DNA of 64,000 bases from Hyphomicrobiales bacterium. GTDB lineage: Bacteria; Pseudomonadota; Alphaproteobacteria; Rhizobiales; JAKPQE01. The position numbers and the translations under genes are program-made. Positions 51,646-61,643 of the stretch are shown here, piece by piece; position 1 is the stretch's first letter; each line of letters begins with the position of its first letter. The stretch is from assembly GCA_041397845.1 (NCBI GenBank), contig JAWKVW010000004.1, positions 12,104-76,103 on the forward strand. Reading direction: 5' to 3'. The notes below the pieces were generated by a model. It was not told where the DNA came from. It did not search any database and saw only the letters and a program-made list of their open reading frames with translations.

Positions 51646-52310
51646 GGCGGTGCCGTTACCGTTTCAGCGGGCCGTATCGACGGCCTGATCCTAACGCCAT
51701 TCCGCACGGCTTTGCATCGCGTGCATCGGCGCCTCTGATGGGTGGCGGGATCCTCGCGGTGTTTGGCGGGCGCTACCGCTGGCATAATTCCCGTATTGAT
51801 TGTATTCGGTTGTATCTTCAGTAACATGACCGGATGTTCGGAATGTCGCCGATTGCGCTCGCGCTTGTCCTTGCCGGAGCCAGAGAGCTTGGTTGGCAGA
51901 TGGCGGCGGCGCGCGAACATACGCGGCGACCGGGGATGCCAGCGACCCGCGCGAAAGCATCGCCGTCCTGATGATCGTCTTTGCCCGGCGCGACGGAGAG
52001 GTCAAGGCCGCCGCGCTCGACTACATCGAGGGCCTCGCCGCCAACCGCCTGATGTCCGGCGATGCCGCCGGGCTTCTGGCAAGAGCGCGTGGCGATGCCG
52101 CCACCCTTCGCGACCCCGCCGAGGCCGTTTGCCGCCTTGGCGGCGGGCTGCAGCAACGGCTCGGCAACGCCCAGAAGGGAAGTCGTCGAGATTGTCGGGT
52201 TGGCGGCGGCGGGCCGACGGCCTGCCGCGCGACGGCACAATGGCTGCATTGGCCGGACCTCAAGCGGCGGCTTTTCCAGGCATAACCGGCGACCGCCGGG
52301 GTCGGGAAAT

Positions 52311-52705
52311 CGGTGCGTTACGCTGCGCCAACGCATCCTGCCTCTGCCGGGTGGCTGACACTGAATTGACCGGCGGTCATCCTGTACGCCGCCCCGGCGG
52401 GTTGGGCAGAGCCTTCCGGAAACTCGGCCCTCCCCTCGCCCCCTTGGGGGACAAGGGTCAGGGTGAAAGGGAATTGAAGGCCGCGAAAGGCCCAAGCCGC
52501 GGCTGCTGCATCACCTTCACCCGGCCTTTCGCTAACGCCTTGACGTTCCGTCAAAGCGAAGCTCCGGCAGCCCTCTCCCTGAGGGCGAGGGACCGCGCCG
52601 AGTGTGCCGTGGCACTTGCCGAAACTGACTGGCATGCAGGGTGCGATAGCGCCAGCGTATTCGCCCGGGAGAGGGCAGTGCGGTGCGTTACGCTGCGCCA
52701 ACGCA
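52311..52705. repeat. Composite repeat: two 25-bp identical direct repeats flanking an inverted copy of the 18.5-19.5 kb repeat family
   Basis: cggtgcgttacgctgcgccaacgca occurs at 52311-52335 and 52681-52705; each is itself a hairpin (gtgcgtt...aacgcac). The segment 52426-52600 is the reverse complement of modules A and B (cacccggcctttcgctaacgccttgacgttccgtcaaagcgaagctccggcagccctctccctgagggcgaggga). Confidence 0.85.
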
Positions 52706-52826
52706 CCCTATGGCGTGACGGGACGACCGGCCAGCCGCCGGGTTTGCCCTGCAGCAGCAAATGCCGTACTTGCGAACTTCCTTCCTACAAGCGAATCTCC
52801 TGATTTCCCATTGAAAGGCGCGGGCG

Positions 52827-54176
52827 ATGACCATGCGGATCGGCAGACGACAGGTTCTGGCAGGACTTGGCGCCATCGGCGCATCGGCCGCAATCGCAAG
52901 ACGTGCCGCCGCCCGGCCGAAGGGTCTGACGCTCGTCATCGGGGCGGGCCTTGCGGGTCTTGCCGTTGCGCGGGCGCTGCAGGACGCCGGAGAGACGGTC
53001 ACGGTCGTTGAGGCGCGGGCGCGGATCGGCGGGCGCATCCATACATCGCGCCTCTGGCCGGACCTGCCGATGGACCTTGGGGCAAGCTGGATTCACGGCC
53101 AGAGCGGCAATCCGCTGACGGCTCTCGCCCGCAAGGCCGGCGCGCAGACGGTGGCGACCAGCTATGACGCGTCACTGCTTCTTGGGGCTGACGGCGTTGA
53201 AATCGACCCCGACCTTGGCCCGGCCGAGCGCCTCCTGCGCCGGGCGCTCAACGCAACCGAACGGCTGGAGCGCGACGTGTCGGTGAGCCAGGCGCTCGAG
53301 GCGTCAGGCGACTGGCGGTCCGCGTCGGCCGGTCTGCGCCGGCTGGTGCTCTATCTCGTCAACAGCACGCTGGAACAGGAATATGGCGGCCCGGCCCACC
53401 GGCTTTCGGCGTGGTACGGGGAGGAAAGCGGCGAATTCGGCGGCGCTGACGTTCTCTTTCCGGGCGGGTTCGACCAGATCACCAGCCATCTGGCGCGCGG
53501 GCTCGATATCCGCCTTGCCACCGAGGTGAGCGCCATCGCGCCCGGTGAAGCGCGGCTCGCCGATGGCGGCCGGATCGCGGCCGACCGGATTGTCTGCACC
53601 CTGCCGCTCGGCGTCCTGCAGTCCGGACGGCCGCGCTTTGCAAAGCCCCTTTCGCGCGAGCGTCAGGCAGCCATCGACGGGCTCGGCATGGGGCTCCTGA
53701 ACAAGTGCTGGCTGCGGTTCGAGCGCATTGCATGGCCTGACAACGTCGACTGGATCGGCTGGCTCGGACCACGACCCGGCTACTGGGCGGAGTGGGTCTC
53801 GCTGGCGCGGGCCGCCAAAAAACCGGTTCTGCTCGGCTTCAACGCGGCAGATGCGGCAGGGGAAATCGAGCATCTCGGCGACCGGGACACCATCGCCGCG
53901 GCCCATGAGGCGTTGCGCGGCATGTTCGGCACGGCTTTTCCGGCGCCGATCGCCGGCCAGATCACGCGCTGGCGGCAGGACGCGTTCACACGCGGCAGCT
54001 ACAGCTTCAACGCGGTCGGGACGGGCCCGGAAACCCGCCGGGCGCTCGCCGGGGCCGACTGGGACGGGCAATTGTGGTTCGCGGGCGAGGCAACATCGGC
54101 AAAACACTTCGGCACCGCACACGGCGCCGTGCTTTCGGGGCGTGACGTGGCGCGCAGTCTGCTTTCCGGCGATTGA
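52827..54176 (+). CDS. FAD-dependent amine oxidase (flavin monoamine oxidase family) with Tat signal
   Basis: Twin-arginine GRRQVLAGLGAIGASAA. FAD fold VIGAGLAGLAVARALQDAG..VTVVEARARIGGRI. C-terminal FAGEATS. Confidence 0.85.
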   Translation: MTMRIGRRQVLAGLGAIGASAAIARRAAARPKGLTLVIGAGLAGLAVARALQDAGETVTVVEARARIGGRIHTSRLWPDLPMDLGASWIHGQSGNPLTALARKAGAQTVATSYDASLLLGADGVEIDPDLGPAERLLRRALNATERLERDVSVSQALEASGDWRSASAGLRRLVLYLVNSTLEQEYGGPAHRLSAWYGEESGEFGGADVLFPGGFDQITSHLARGLDIRLATEVSAIAPGEARLADGGRIAADRIVCTLPLGVLQSGRPRFAKPLSRERQAAIDGLGMGLLNKCWLRFERIAWPDNVDWIGWLGPRPGYWAEWVSLARAAKKPVLLGFNAADAAGEIEHLGDRDTIAAAHEALRGMFGTAFPAPIAGQITRWRQDAFTRGSYSFNAVGTGPETRRALAGADWDGQLWFAGEATSAKHFGTAHGAVLSGRDVARSLLSGD

Positions 54177-54377
54177 CCGAACAGGCGAAGCGCTGCATCG
54201 ACGCATGGCTGCCATGCATAAAAACGCTAGCTGCAGTGCACAATTTCGGAATAGAGACCGTCCGGCATTAATTAAATAGTCGGCTTTGCTTGGTAGTATT
54301 GCCTCAAGCTTCAATCACACAGACAGCGAAATCGCTCACGGCACTATCCTCGTGACCGTCGGCGAAGACCAAGGCCC

Positions 54378-54572
54378 ATGTCCATCGTCCTTCGACTTAT
54401 CTCTGCACTGGCGCTCGCAGGAATCCTCTCCTGCATGTATTCGGGCCATGACGTGCTGTTCGGCATCAGCTTCAAGGCGATGATCGGCCTCTTCATCGTG
54501 CCGCTGATGCTGTTCCGCGTTTTCGACGAGCTCGAAAACCGGAAATATCATTTCCGCAACTGGATCGACTGA
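54378..54572 (+). CDS. Small hypothetical membrane protein (64 aa)
   Basis: Two hydrophobic helices (LISALALAGILSCMY, MIGLFIVPLMLF). Sits in a lower-GC patch. No recognisable family. Confidence 0.35.
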   Translation: MSIVLRLISALALAGILSCMYSGHDVLFGISFKAMIGLFIVPLMLFRVFDELENRKYHFRNWID

Positions 54573-54583
54573 CGTCGCCAGCC

Positions 54584-56131
54584 TCATTCCCACTCGATGG
54601 TGCCGGGGGGCTTTGACGTGACGTCGTAGACGACGCGGTTGATGCCCTTGACCTCGTTGATGATGCGGGTCGCGGCGCGGCCGAGGAAATCCATGTCGTA
54701 GTGGTAGAAATCCGCCGTCATGCCGTCGACCGAGGTCACGGCGCGAAGGGCGAGCACGTAGTCGTAGGTCCGGCCGTCACCCATGACACCGACCGTCTGG
54801 ACGGGAAGAAGCACGGCAAAGGCCTGCCAGATCGCGTCGTAGAGGCCGGCCTTGCGGATCTCGTCGAGATAGATCGCGTCGGCCTTCTTCAGGATGTCCA
54901 GCTTGGCGCGGCTGATGCCGCCCGGACAGCGGATGGCAAGGCCCGGCCCCGGGAAGGGATGGCGGCCGACAAATACTTCCGGCAGGCCGAGTTCGCGGCC
55001 AAGGGCGCGAACCTCGTCCTTGAAGAGCTCGCGCAGCGGCTCGACGAGCTTCATGTTCATCCGCTCGGGCAGGCCGCCGACATTGTGGTGCGACTTGATC
55101 GTCACCGAGGGGCCGCCGACGAAGCTGACGCTTTCGATGACGTCCGGATAGAGCGTGCCCTGGGCCAGGAATTCGGCGCCGCCGATCTTGCGCGCCTCGT
55201 CCTCGAAGACCTCGATGAAGAGGCCGCCAATGGTCTTGCGCTTCTTTTCCGGATCGGTCTCGCCCTCGAGCGCACCGATGAAGCGATCGCTCGCATCGAC
55301 ATGGACGAGCGGAATGTTGAAATGGCCGCGGAAAAGCGACACGACCTCGTCGGCCTCGTTCAGGCGCATCAGGCCGTGATCGACGAAGATGCAAGTGAGC
55401 TGGTCGCCGATCGCTTCATGGATGAGGACGGCGGCAACGGCCGAATCGACACCGCCGGAAAGTCCGCAGATGACCTTGCCGGTGCCGACCTGACGGCGGA
55501 TCTGGTCGATCGCCTGGTCGCGGAAGGCCGCCATGGTCCAGTCGCCGGCGCAGCCGCAGATGTTGTGGACGAAGTTCGACAGGAGCTTTGCCCCGTCCGG
55601 CGTATGGGCGACTTCCGGATGGAACTGGACAGCGTAGAACCGGCGCTCCTCGTTGACGATCGCGGCAAAGGGCGCGCCCGTGGTGACCGCAACCGGGTGG
55701 AAGCCTTCCGGGATCGCCGTGACGCGATCGCCATGACTCATCCAGACCTGATGGCGCTCGCCGGGGTTCCAGACGCCGTCAAAGAGCGCGCATGTCTCCG
55801 TCACCTCGATGAAGGCACGGCCGAATTCGCGCTCGTTGCTCGGCTCGACCTTGCCGCCAAGCTCGGCGCACATGGTCTGCTCGCCATAGCAGATGCCGAG
55901 GACGGGGATGCCGGCCTCATAGATCTTCGCGGGGGCGCGGGGCGTGCCGATATCGTGGACGCTGGCCGGACCGCCCGACAGGATGACGCCCTTTGGAGCG
56001 AATTCCTCGAAAACTTCCCCGGCCTTCTGGAACGGGACAATCTCCGAATAAACGCCGGCCTCGCGCACGCGGCGGGCAATGAGCTGCGTGACCTGGCTGC
56101 CGAAATCGATGATGAGAATGCGGTCGGTCAT
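54584..56131 (-). CDS. guaA: GMP synthase (glutamine-hydrolysing)
   Basis: Start ATG 56131 ([24 protein letters not shown]), GATase Cys in GICYGEQ, PP-loop GLSGGVDS, C-terminus KPPGTIEWE. Confidence 0.95.
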   Translation of the reverse strand: MTDRILIIDFGSQVTQLIARRVREAGVYSEIVPFQKAGEVFEEFAPKGVILSGGPASVHDIGTPRAPAKIYEAGIPVLGICYGEQTMCAELGGKVEPSNEREFGRAFIEVTETCALFDGVWNPGERHQVWMSHGDRVTAIPEGFHPVAVTTGAPFAAIVNEERRFYAVQFHPEVAHTPDGAKLLSNFVHNICGCAGDWTMAAFRDQAIDQIRRQVGTGKVICGLSGGVDSAVAAVLIHEAIGDQLTCIFVDHGLMRLNEADEVVSLFRGHFNIPLVHVDASDRFIGALEGETDPEKKRKTIGGLFIEVFEDEARKIGGAEFLAQGTLYPDVIESVSFVGGPSVTIKSHHNVGGLPERMNMKLVEPLRELFKDEVRALGRELGLPEVFVGRHPFPGPGLAIRCPGGISRAKLDILKKADAIYLDEIRKAGLYDAIWQAFAVLLPVQTVGVMGDGRTYDYVLALRAVTSVDGMTADFYHYDMDFLGRAATRIINEVKGINRVVYDVTSKPPGTIEWE

Positions 56132-56418
56132 GGGGATGAAATCCCTTCGGGTGAGAACGACATGGGGCGAAATAAACCCGGCGGCGCCCGATGTCGACAG
56201 GAATCCGGTGAAACGCCGCCAAGGAATGGCGAAGACCGGCCGGGCGCCGGTTCCGTCCACAACACCCTTCGGCGGGAGTGTCACGGACCGGTGCGTTTGC
56301 CGCTTTTTTTGGCGCTGTCAAAATTTAGTCATATCGAATCAGGTAGCAATCGACCGTCACGCAGCGCACTCGATGCGCCGCGCGACATCGAGCGACCACG
56401 ATTGATGAGAGATTGCCC

Positions 56419-56595
56419 ATGTCCGCGATTACCGAAGACGATGTTCGCTCTGCAGCGTATCTGATCTGGCTTGACGAGGGTTGCCCCGACGGCCGGTCGG
56501 AAGAGCATTGGCACATGGCCGAGGCCATGATCGAAAAGGCGGCCAAGCCGAAGCGCAAGCGCGCGCCGGCCAAGCCGCGCAAGAAGGCCGGTTGA
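56419..56595 (+). CDS. DUF2934 family small protein with Lys/Arg-rich tail
   Basis: EDDVRSAAYLIWLDEGCPDGRSEEHWHMAEAMI is the DUF2934 signature. The ORF track starts at TTG 56413; ATG 56419 is more likely. Confidence 0.65.
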   Translation: MSAITEDDVRSAAYLIWLDEGCPDGRSEEHWHMAEAMIEKAAKPKRKRAPAKPRKKAG

Positions 56596-56636
56596 CCGGC
56601 TTTCGGCAAAATCCCGCGTCCGTCCGGACGCCATGC

Positions 56637-56671
56637 GGGCGGGCCATTCGGGTGAGTGGTCCGCCCGTTTC
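56637..56671. terminator. Stem-loop between convergent DUF2934 gene and rsmB
   Basis: gggcgggcc (56637-45) pairs with ggtccgccc (56658-66), with one G-U pair, then gtttc. Confidence 0.45.
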
Positions 56672-56693
56672 ATGAAACGCACCGAACGAAGGT

Positions 56694-58001
56694 TCAGGCG
56701 GCCCGCACCATCACGGCGACGAAGAAACCGTCGGTGCCTGCGGTTGCCGGCGTGAGGCGGATTGCTTCGCCATGCCCCTCGACCGGGGCGCGGAATTCGT
56801 CCGGGAGCGCGGTATCGAGCGCGGTGCGCCAGACCTCGGCTGCGGGCTGCAGGCGATAGCCGGGATGGGTCGCGAGGAAGGCCGCCACCTGATCCTCGTT
56901 TTCCTCCGGCAACACCGAGCAGGTGACATAGACAAGGCGGCCGCCGGGCTTCACCAGCGGCTCGGCGAGGGCGAGCACTTCCTGCTGGTCGGCAATGCGG
57001 TCGGCGAGCTGCTTTTCCGACAGGCGCCACTTGGCATCGGGCCGGCGGCGCCAGGTGCCGGTGCCGGTGCAGGGCGCATCGACGAGGACGACGTCCATCC
57101 GCCCGGCCATCGCCTCGAGGCGGGCGCGCTCGTTTGCCGGAATGACCTGCACGTTGCGGGTGCCGGCACGGTCAAGGCGCTCGAAGATGCCGGCAAGGCG
57201 ATTTCTGTCGGCATCGAAGGCGTGGATCTGGCCCTTGTTGGCCATGGCGGCGGAGAGCGCCAGCGTCTTGCCGCCACCACCGGCGCAAACATCGGCGACC
57301 TGATCGCCACCCCGGGCACCGGCCAGCAGCGCTGCAAGCTGCGAGCCCTCGTCCTGGATCTCGAACCAGCCCTTCTTGTAGCCCGGTTCGGCCTGAACCT
57401 GCGGGGCGCGGGCCGGGCCATCGCCGGCCGGCAGGCGAATGCCCTGCGGCGCGATCGCGGTCGGCACGGCGCCGAAGCGCGACAGTGCGGCGAGCATCTT
57501 GTTGCGCCCGGATTTCAGCGTGTTGGCGCGAAGGTCGACCGGCGCGCGGGCAGATAGCGCCCGACCCTCGGCAACGGCCCGATCGGCGAAGACCCGAGCG
57601 AAAGACGGCGCCAGCCATTCCGGATAGTCGCCGCGAACGTGATCGGGCGCGCCCTCGGCTTCATCGGCGCCGAGCGCTGCACGTTCGGCATCCTCGAGCG
57701 GCGCCGGGGCATGCTGGTCGCCGGAAAGGTGCGCCTCGAGGGTGGCGATATCCCTGCCCCAGAGCCGCACATAAGTTGCCAGCACCAGCGCGCGCGGCGC
57801 GGCGCTGCCCATCCGCCAGGCGAGGGAGGCGCGGGCGCGCAGGGCATCGTGCACGAGATTGCCGATCGCGGCCCGGTCGCCGGAGCCGGCGAAGCGGTGG
57901 GCATTGCCCCAGTCGCGCAGCACCTCGGTCGCCGGGCGATGTTCCCGCTCGAGCGCCTCCAGAACCTCGATCGCCGCCTGAAGCCGGCCGCCGTCCTTCA
58001 T
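56694..58001 (-). CDS. rsmB: RsmB/Sun-family 16S rRNA m5C methyltransferase
   Basis: Start ATG 58001 (MKDGGRLQAAIEVLE). SAM motif DVCAGGGGKTLAL. Catalytic Cys motifs VDAPCTGTGTWRRRPD and YVTCSVLPEENE. Confidence 0.88.
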   Translation of the reverse strand: MKDGGRLQAAIEVLEALEREHRPATEVLRDWGNAHRFAGSGDRAAIGNLVHDALRARASLAWRMGSAAPRALVLATYVRLWGRDIATLEAHLSGDQHAPAPLEDAERAALGADEAEGAPDHVRGDYPEWLAPSFARVFADRAVAEGRALSARAPVDLRANTLKSGRNKMLAALSRFGAVPTAIAPQGIRLPAGDGPARAPQVQAEPGYKKGWFEIQDEGSQLAALLAGARGGDQVADVCAGGGGKTLALSAAMANKGQIHAFDADRNRLAGIFERLDRAGTRNVQVIPANERARLEAMAGRMDVVLVDAPCTGTGTWRRRPDAKWRLSEKQLADRIADQQEVLALAEPLVKPGGRLVYVTCSVLPEENEDQVAAFLATHPGYRLQPAAEVWRTALDTALPDEFRAPVEGHGEAIRLTPATAGTDGFFVAVMVRAA

Positions 58002-58244
58002 GATCGCGCTCTCCCGATGCGTTGCAGATGTCCCAAGGGCTGGCGCGCAGTGTGCAGGCACGGCCCCGGCGCGGCCCGCAAGGGCCCGGCGCGCCCCGTG
58101 TTTGACGCGGAGTCGGGCGGCGCGCAAGCCGCATCCTGGCCAACCTCACCAACGGCCACACTTTTTTCCGATTTTAGGACTTGAGTAATTTGAGAATGGT
58201 TTTAATTATGACTAGGCAAAATTGTCGCAGCCATGGAGAGCATA

Positions 58245-58658
58245 ATGTCGCAGACTCCTGCGATCACGTCGATCCTCGCAAAGGCCGGCCTTCGGCCGAC
58301 GGCCAAGCGCGTCGCGCTCGCCAAGCTGCTTTTCGACGGCATCGACAAGCACGTGACCGCCGAAGACGTGATGGACATGGTACGTCGCAAGCGCATGCGG
58401 GTCTCGCAGGCGACCGTCTACAATTCGCTCAACCAGTTCTGTGCCGCCGGCCTTCTGAAGCGGATCGTCATCGACAGCGCCAGCACCGTGTTCGACACGA
58501 ACACGTCGCACCACCACCATCTTTTCTATGAGGATGACGGCCATATCGTCGACCTGCCGGGAGACAGCGTGTCGCTGCTCGGCCTGCCGGCCCTGGCCGA
58601 ACACGAGTCGCTGCTTTCCGTCGACCTCATCGTGCGGGTCGGCCGAGCCCGCGGCTGA
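58245..58658 (+). CDS. irr: Iron response regulator Irr (Fur superfamily)
   Basis: AGLRPTAKRVALAKLLF, SQATVYNSLNQFCAAGLL, and the Irr-typical FDTNTSHHHHLFYEDDG His cluster. Confidence 0.85.
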   Translation: MSQTPAITSILAKAGLRPTAKRVALAKLLFDGIDKHVTAEDVMDMVRRKRMRVSQATVYNSLNQFCAAGLLKRIVIDSASTVFDTNTSHHHHLFYEDDGHIVDLPGDSVSLLGLPALAEHESLLSVDLIVRVGRARG

Positions 58659-58677
58659 GACTACAGCCGGCACGACG

Positions 58678-58707
58678 CGCCGCCCGCGACCTCCGGGCGG
58701 CGTTTTC
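58678..58707 (+). terminator. Rho-independent terminator after irr
   Basis: cgccgcccg (58678-86) pairs perfectly with cgggcggcg (58694-702), loop cgacctc, then tttt. Confidence 0.75.
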
Positions 58708-58799
58708 ATATCAGGCCGCAGCGCGGCGCCCATCCCCTTCCCAGCCTTCGATCCGGCCAAGGCGGCATCCCCAAGCGCCGACACGTGGCGCCTGATAAT

Positions 58800-58816
58800 T
58801 TTAGAATTCTTCTAGA
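58800..58816. promoter_or_regulatory. Iron control element (ICE, Irr box) upstream of rubrerythrin
   Basis: TTTAGAA-ttc-TTCTAGA versus the ICE consensus TTTAGAA-N3-TTCTAAA (one mismatch), in an AT-rich stretch ~140 bp upstream of ATG 58954. Confidence 0.65.
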
Positions 58817-58953
58817 AAAATTCTCAAAAGCTATTGACCCCCCGCCGCAGACGCATATTCTAGAGCGGCAAGTTCGACGCGCGGCGGCACCAGCGCCGTT
58901 TTCTCCGGCCCGCCGGACGCGCGAAACGCAAGACCAACCAGCATCAGGAGGAC

Positions 58954-59373
58954 ATGATGGATCTGGCCAAGAGCAAGACTCTCGACAACCTCAAGGAAGC
59001 CTTCGCCGGCGAGAGCCAGGCGAACCGCCGCTACCTCTATTTCGCACAGAAGGCCGACGTCGAAGGCTACAACGACGTTGCCGCCGTGTTCCGCTCGACC
59101 GCGGAAGGCGAGACCGGCCACGCCCACGGCCACCTGGAGTTCATGGAAGTCGTCGGCGACCCGGCGACCGGCATGCCGATCGGCTCGACCTCGGACAACC
59201 TCAAGGCTTCCATCGCCGGCGAGACGCACGAGTACACCGACATGTACCCGGGCATGGCGCGCACGGCGCGCGAGGAAGGCTTCGACGAGATCGCCGACTG
59301 GTTCGAGACCCTCGCCAAGGCCGAGAAGTCCCATGCGGGCCGCTTCACCAAGGCCCTCGAGAACCTCGACTGA
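58954..59373 (+). CDS. Rubrerythrin-family di-iron protein (erythrin type, no rubredoxin domain)
   Basis: [57 protein letters not shown]: four-helix ExxH di-iron ligands. No C-terminal CxxC pairs. Confidence 0.88.
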   Translation: MMDLAKSKTLDNLKEAFAGESQANRRYLYFAQKADVEGYNDVAAVFRSTAEGETGHAHGHLEFMEVVGDPATGMPIGSTSDNLKASIAGETHEYTDMYPGMARTAREEGFDEIADWFETLAKAEKSHAGRFTKALENLD

Positions 59374-59461
59374 TCGAGACCGACGTCCGGGGACGGCGGC
59401 CGCCGCCGTCCCCTCCCCCGCAATGACCAGACTTCGCTGTCGCGTGCGAAGGGAGTTTCCA

Positions 59462-60811
59462 ATGTCCGGCAAAGCCACCCGGGAAGGCTCAACCGAGGCC
59501 CCCACCCGCCATCCGCTCAACTGGCAGGACGAGTCGTTCTACGACCTCGACGCCATCGAGAAGGAGATGACCCGGGTCTTCGACATATGTCACGGCTGCC
59601 GGCGCTGCTTCAATCTCTGCGAGTCGTTCCCGCGCCTGTTCGACATGGTCGACGAATCGCCGACCGGCGAGATCGACGGACTCGATCCGAAGCGCGACTA
59701 CCCCAAGGTCGATGAGGCCTGCACGCTCTGCGACATGTGCTACATGACCAAGTGTCCGTATGTGCCGCCGCACGAGTTCGACCTCGATTTCCCGCATCTG
59801 ATCCTGCGCTATCGCGCGGCGATGCTGCGCCAGAAGGGTGTTCCCTTCACCGTCAACCAGCTTTCCCAGACCGACCGCAACGGCAAGCTTGCCGCGCCGG
59901 TCGCCGGCCTTGCCAACTGGGGCTCGAAGCGCGGCAACGGCCTCACCCGGCCGCTGCTCGAGGCAACGCTCGGCATCGACAAGGACGTCGAGCTGCCGAA
60001 GTATCATTCCAAGGTGTTTTCCAAGAACGCGGCGGCAACGAAGCCGGCGCTCAACACCAAGGCACCGGCCCATGGCCGCAAGGCCGTGCTCTATGCGACC
60101 TGCTTTGTCGACTACAACCAGCCCTCGACCGGCATCGCGGCGCAGGCGGTTCTGGCGCACAACGGCGTCGAGACCGAGGTCGTCTATCCGGCCTGTTGCG
60201 GCATGCCGCATCTCGAGCATGGCGACATCGCCAAGGTTGCCGAGTCGGCCCGCAAGGTCTCGGCCGAACTCGTGCAGTGGATCGACAAGGGCTATGACGT
60301 CATCTCGCTGACGGCGAGCTGCGGCCTCATGCTGAAGTTTGAATGGCCGCTGATCCTGCCCGAGGACGAGACCGTCAAGAAGCTCGCCGGGGCGGTGAAG
60401 GACATCTCCGAATATGTCGTCGACATCGCCAAGAAGGAGGGCCTTGCCGAAGGGCTCTCGCCGATCGAGGGCGGGGTGACGATGCACATGGCCTGCCATG
60501 CGCGGGCGCAGAACATGGGCCAGAAGGCGGCCGAGATGCTGCGCTTCATCCCGGAAACGAAGGTCGATGTCGTCGAGCGCTGCTCGGGCCATGGCGGCAC
60601 CTTCGGCGTCCTCAAGGAGACGCGCGGCTGCGCGGTGAAGGTCGCCAAGCCGGCCGCCAATCAGGTCAAGCAGAAGGGCAACAAGCAGCTTTGCTCGGAG
60701 TGCCCGCTGGCCGCCAAGCATCTTGCCCAGGTGCTGAATGACGGCGGCACGGCAATCGCCCACGGCCACCCGATCGAGATCTTCGCCCGGGCCTACGGGA
60801 CCACGGTCTAG
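59462..60811 (+). CDS. (Fe-S)-binding oxidoreductase, HdrD/GlpC-like (heterodisulfide reductase-related)
   Basis: Start ATG 59462. Two ferredoxin-type clusters, [15 protein letters not shown] and [15 protein letters not shown]-terminal Cys-rich (CCG-like) repeats ATCFVDY...PACCGMP and MACHARAQ...CSGHGG. Confidence 0.8.
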   Translation: MSGKATREGSTEAPTRHPLNWQDESFYDLDAIEKEMTRVFDICHGCRRCFNLCESFPRLFDMVDESPTGEIDGLDPKRDYPKVDEACTLCDMCYMTKCPYVPPHEFDLDFPHLILRYRAAMLRQKGVPFTVNQLSQTDRNGKLAAPVAGLANWGSKRGNGLTRPLLEATLGIDKDVELPKYHSKVFSKNAAATKPALNTKAPAHGRKAVLYATCFVDYNQPSTGIAAQAVLAHNGVETEVVYPACCGMPHLEHGDIAKVAESARKVSAELVQWIDKGYDVISLTASCGLMLKFEWPLILPEDETVKKLAGAVKDISEYVVDIAKKEGLAEGLSPIEGGVTMHMACHARAQNMGQKAAEMLRFIPETKVDVVERCSGHGGTFGVLKETRGCAVKVAKPAANQVKQKGNKQLCSECPLAAKHLAQVLNDGGTAIAHGHPIEIFARAYGTTV

Positions 60812-60846
60812 CTGAACCGCGCGGCCACAGCAGAAGGAGAACGACC

Positions 60847-61440
60847 ATGCCGGTTACCGAGAAGCGCATCACGCGCGCCGACATCCTCGATTTCGATGCG
60901 TTCGCCCGCCAGCGGACCGAGCGGCGCAAGGCGCTCATTCCGACCAAGAAGCTGCGGCGCATCGAGGTCGGTCCGTTCGCGACGTTCTATTTCGAGAGCT
61001 TCGAGACGATGCTCTTCCAGGTGCAGGAGATGCTGCACATCGAGCGCGGCGGCGAGGCGCAGATCGAGGACGAACTGCACGCCTACAATCCGCTCATCCC
61101 GCAGGGCTCCGAGCTGGTCGCGACGGTGATGTTCGAGATCGAGGACGCGCGCCGGCGCGAGGAGACGCTGAAGCGCCTGACCCATGTCGAGGAGCACCTC
61201 TTCATCAAGATCGGCGCCGACAAGATTTACTGCAAGCCGGAGGAAGACGTCGAGCGCACCAGCCCGGACGGCAAGACGTCATCGGTGCATTTCGTCCGCT
61301 TCCCGATCAGCGACGCGCAGAAGGCGGTGTTCCGCAGCCCGACGACCGAAATCTTCGTCGGCATCGACCATGAGAACTATTCCCACATGGCGCAGCTCTC
61401 GCCGGCAAACCGGGCGGAACTTGCCAGGGATTTCGACTGA
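60847..61440 (+). CDS. DUF3501 family protein
   Basis: 197 aa. The rubrerythrin / HdrD-like / DUF3501 gene trio is a recurrent neighbourhood as recalled (FYFESFETMLFQVQEMLHIERG). Confidence 0.7.
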   Translation: MPVTEKRITRADILDFDAFARQRTERRKALIPTKKLRRIEVGPFATFYFESFETMLFQVQEMLHIERGGEAQIEDELHAYNPLIPQGSELVATVMFEIEDARRREETLKRLTHVEEHLFIKIGADKIYCKPEEDVERTSPDGKTSSVHFVRFPISDAQKAVFRSPTTEIFVGIDHENYSHMAQLSPANRAELARDFD

Positions 61441-61482
61441 GCTTTCGTCGCGCGCCACCAGCGCGGAAACAGCGACTTCAGG

Positions 61483-61515
61483 TGCCGGCAGCGCAAGTTG
61501 CCGGCATTTTCGTTT
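61483..61515 (+). terminator. Rho-independent terminator after the DUF3501 gene
   Basis: tgccggca (61483-90) pairs with tgccggca (61499-506), loop gcgcaagt, then ttttcgttt. Confidence 0.8.
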
Positions 61516-61643
61516 CCGGGACGACCTGCTCCAGAAGAATCAAAGCATCTGCACCCAACGGATGCAATTTGCTCCCAAAACACTCCATTCCTGTGGTAGT
61601 TTAAAAATTGTAAACGCTAGCCACTGCCCGGAATGGAGGTATC

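Noticed and set aside
51893-52285. 130-aa + strand ORF as a bona fide gene.
   Set aside because: It has only a TTG start, and only the first half shows coding periodicity. I recognise no family, and it abuts a repeat element. Reported as a possible remnant in the findings rather than as a feature.
58192-58210. Fur-box-like sequence gagaatggttttaattatg upstream of irr.
   Set aside because: Only about 13 of 19 matches to GATAATGATAATCATTATC, in a generally AT-rich promoter. Too weak to call without comparative or experimental data.
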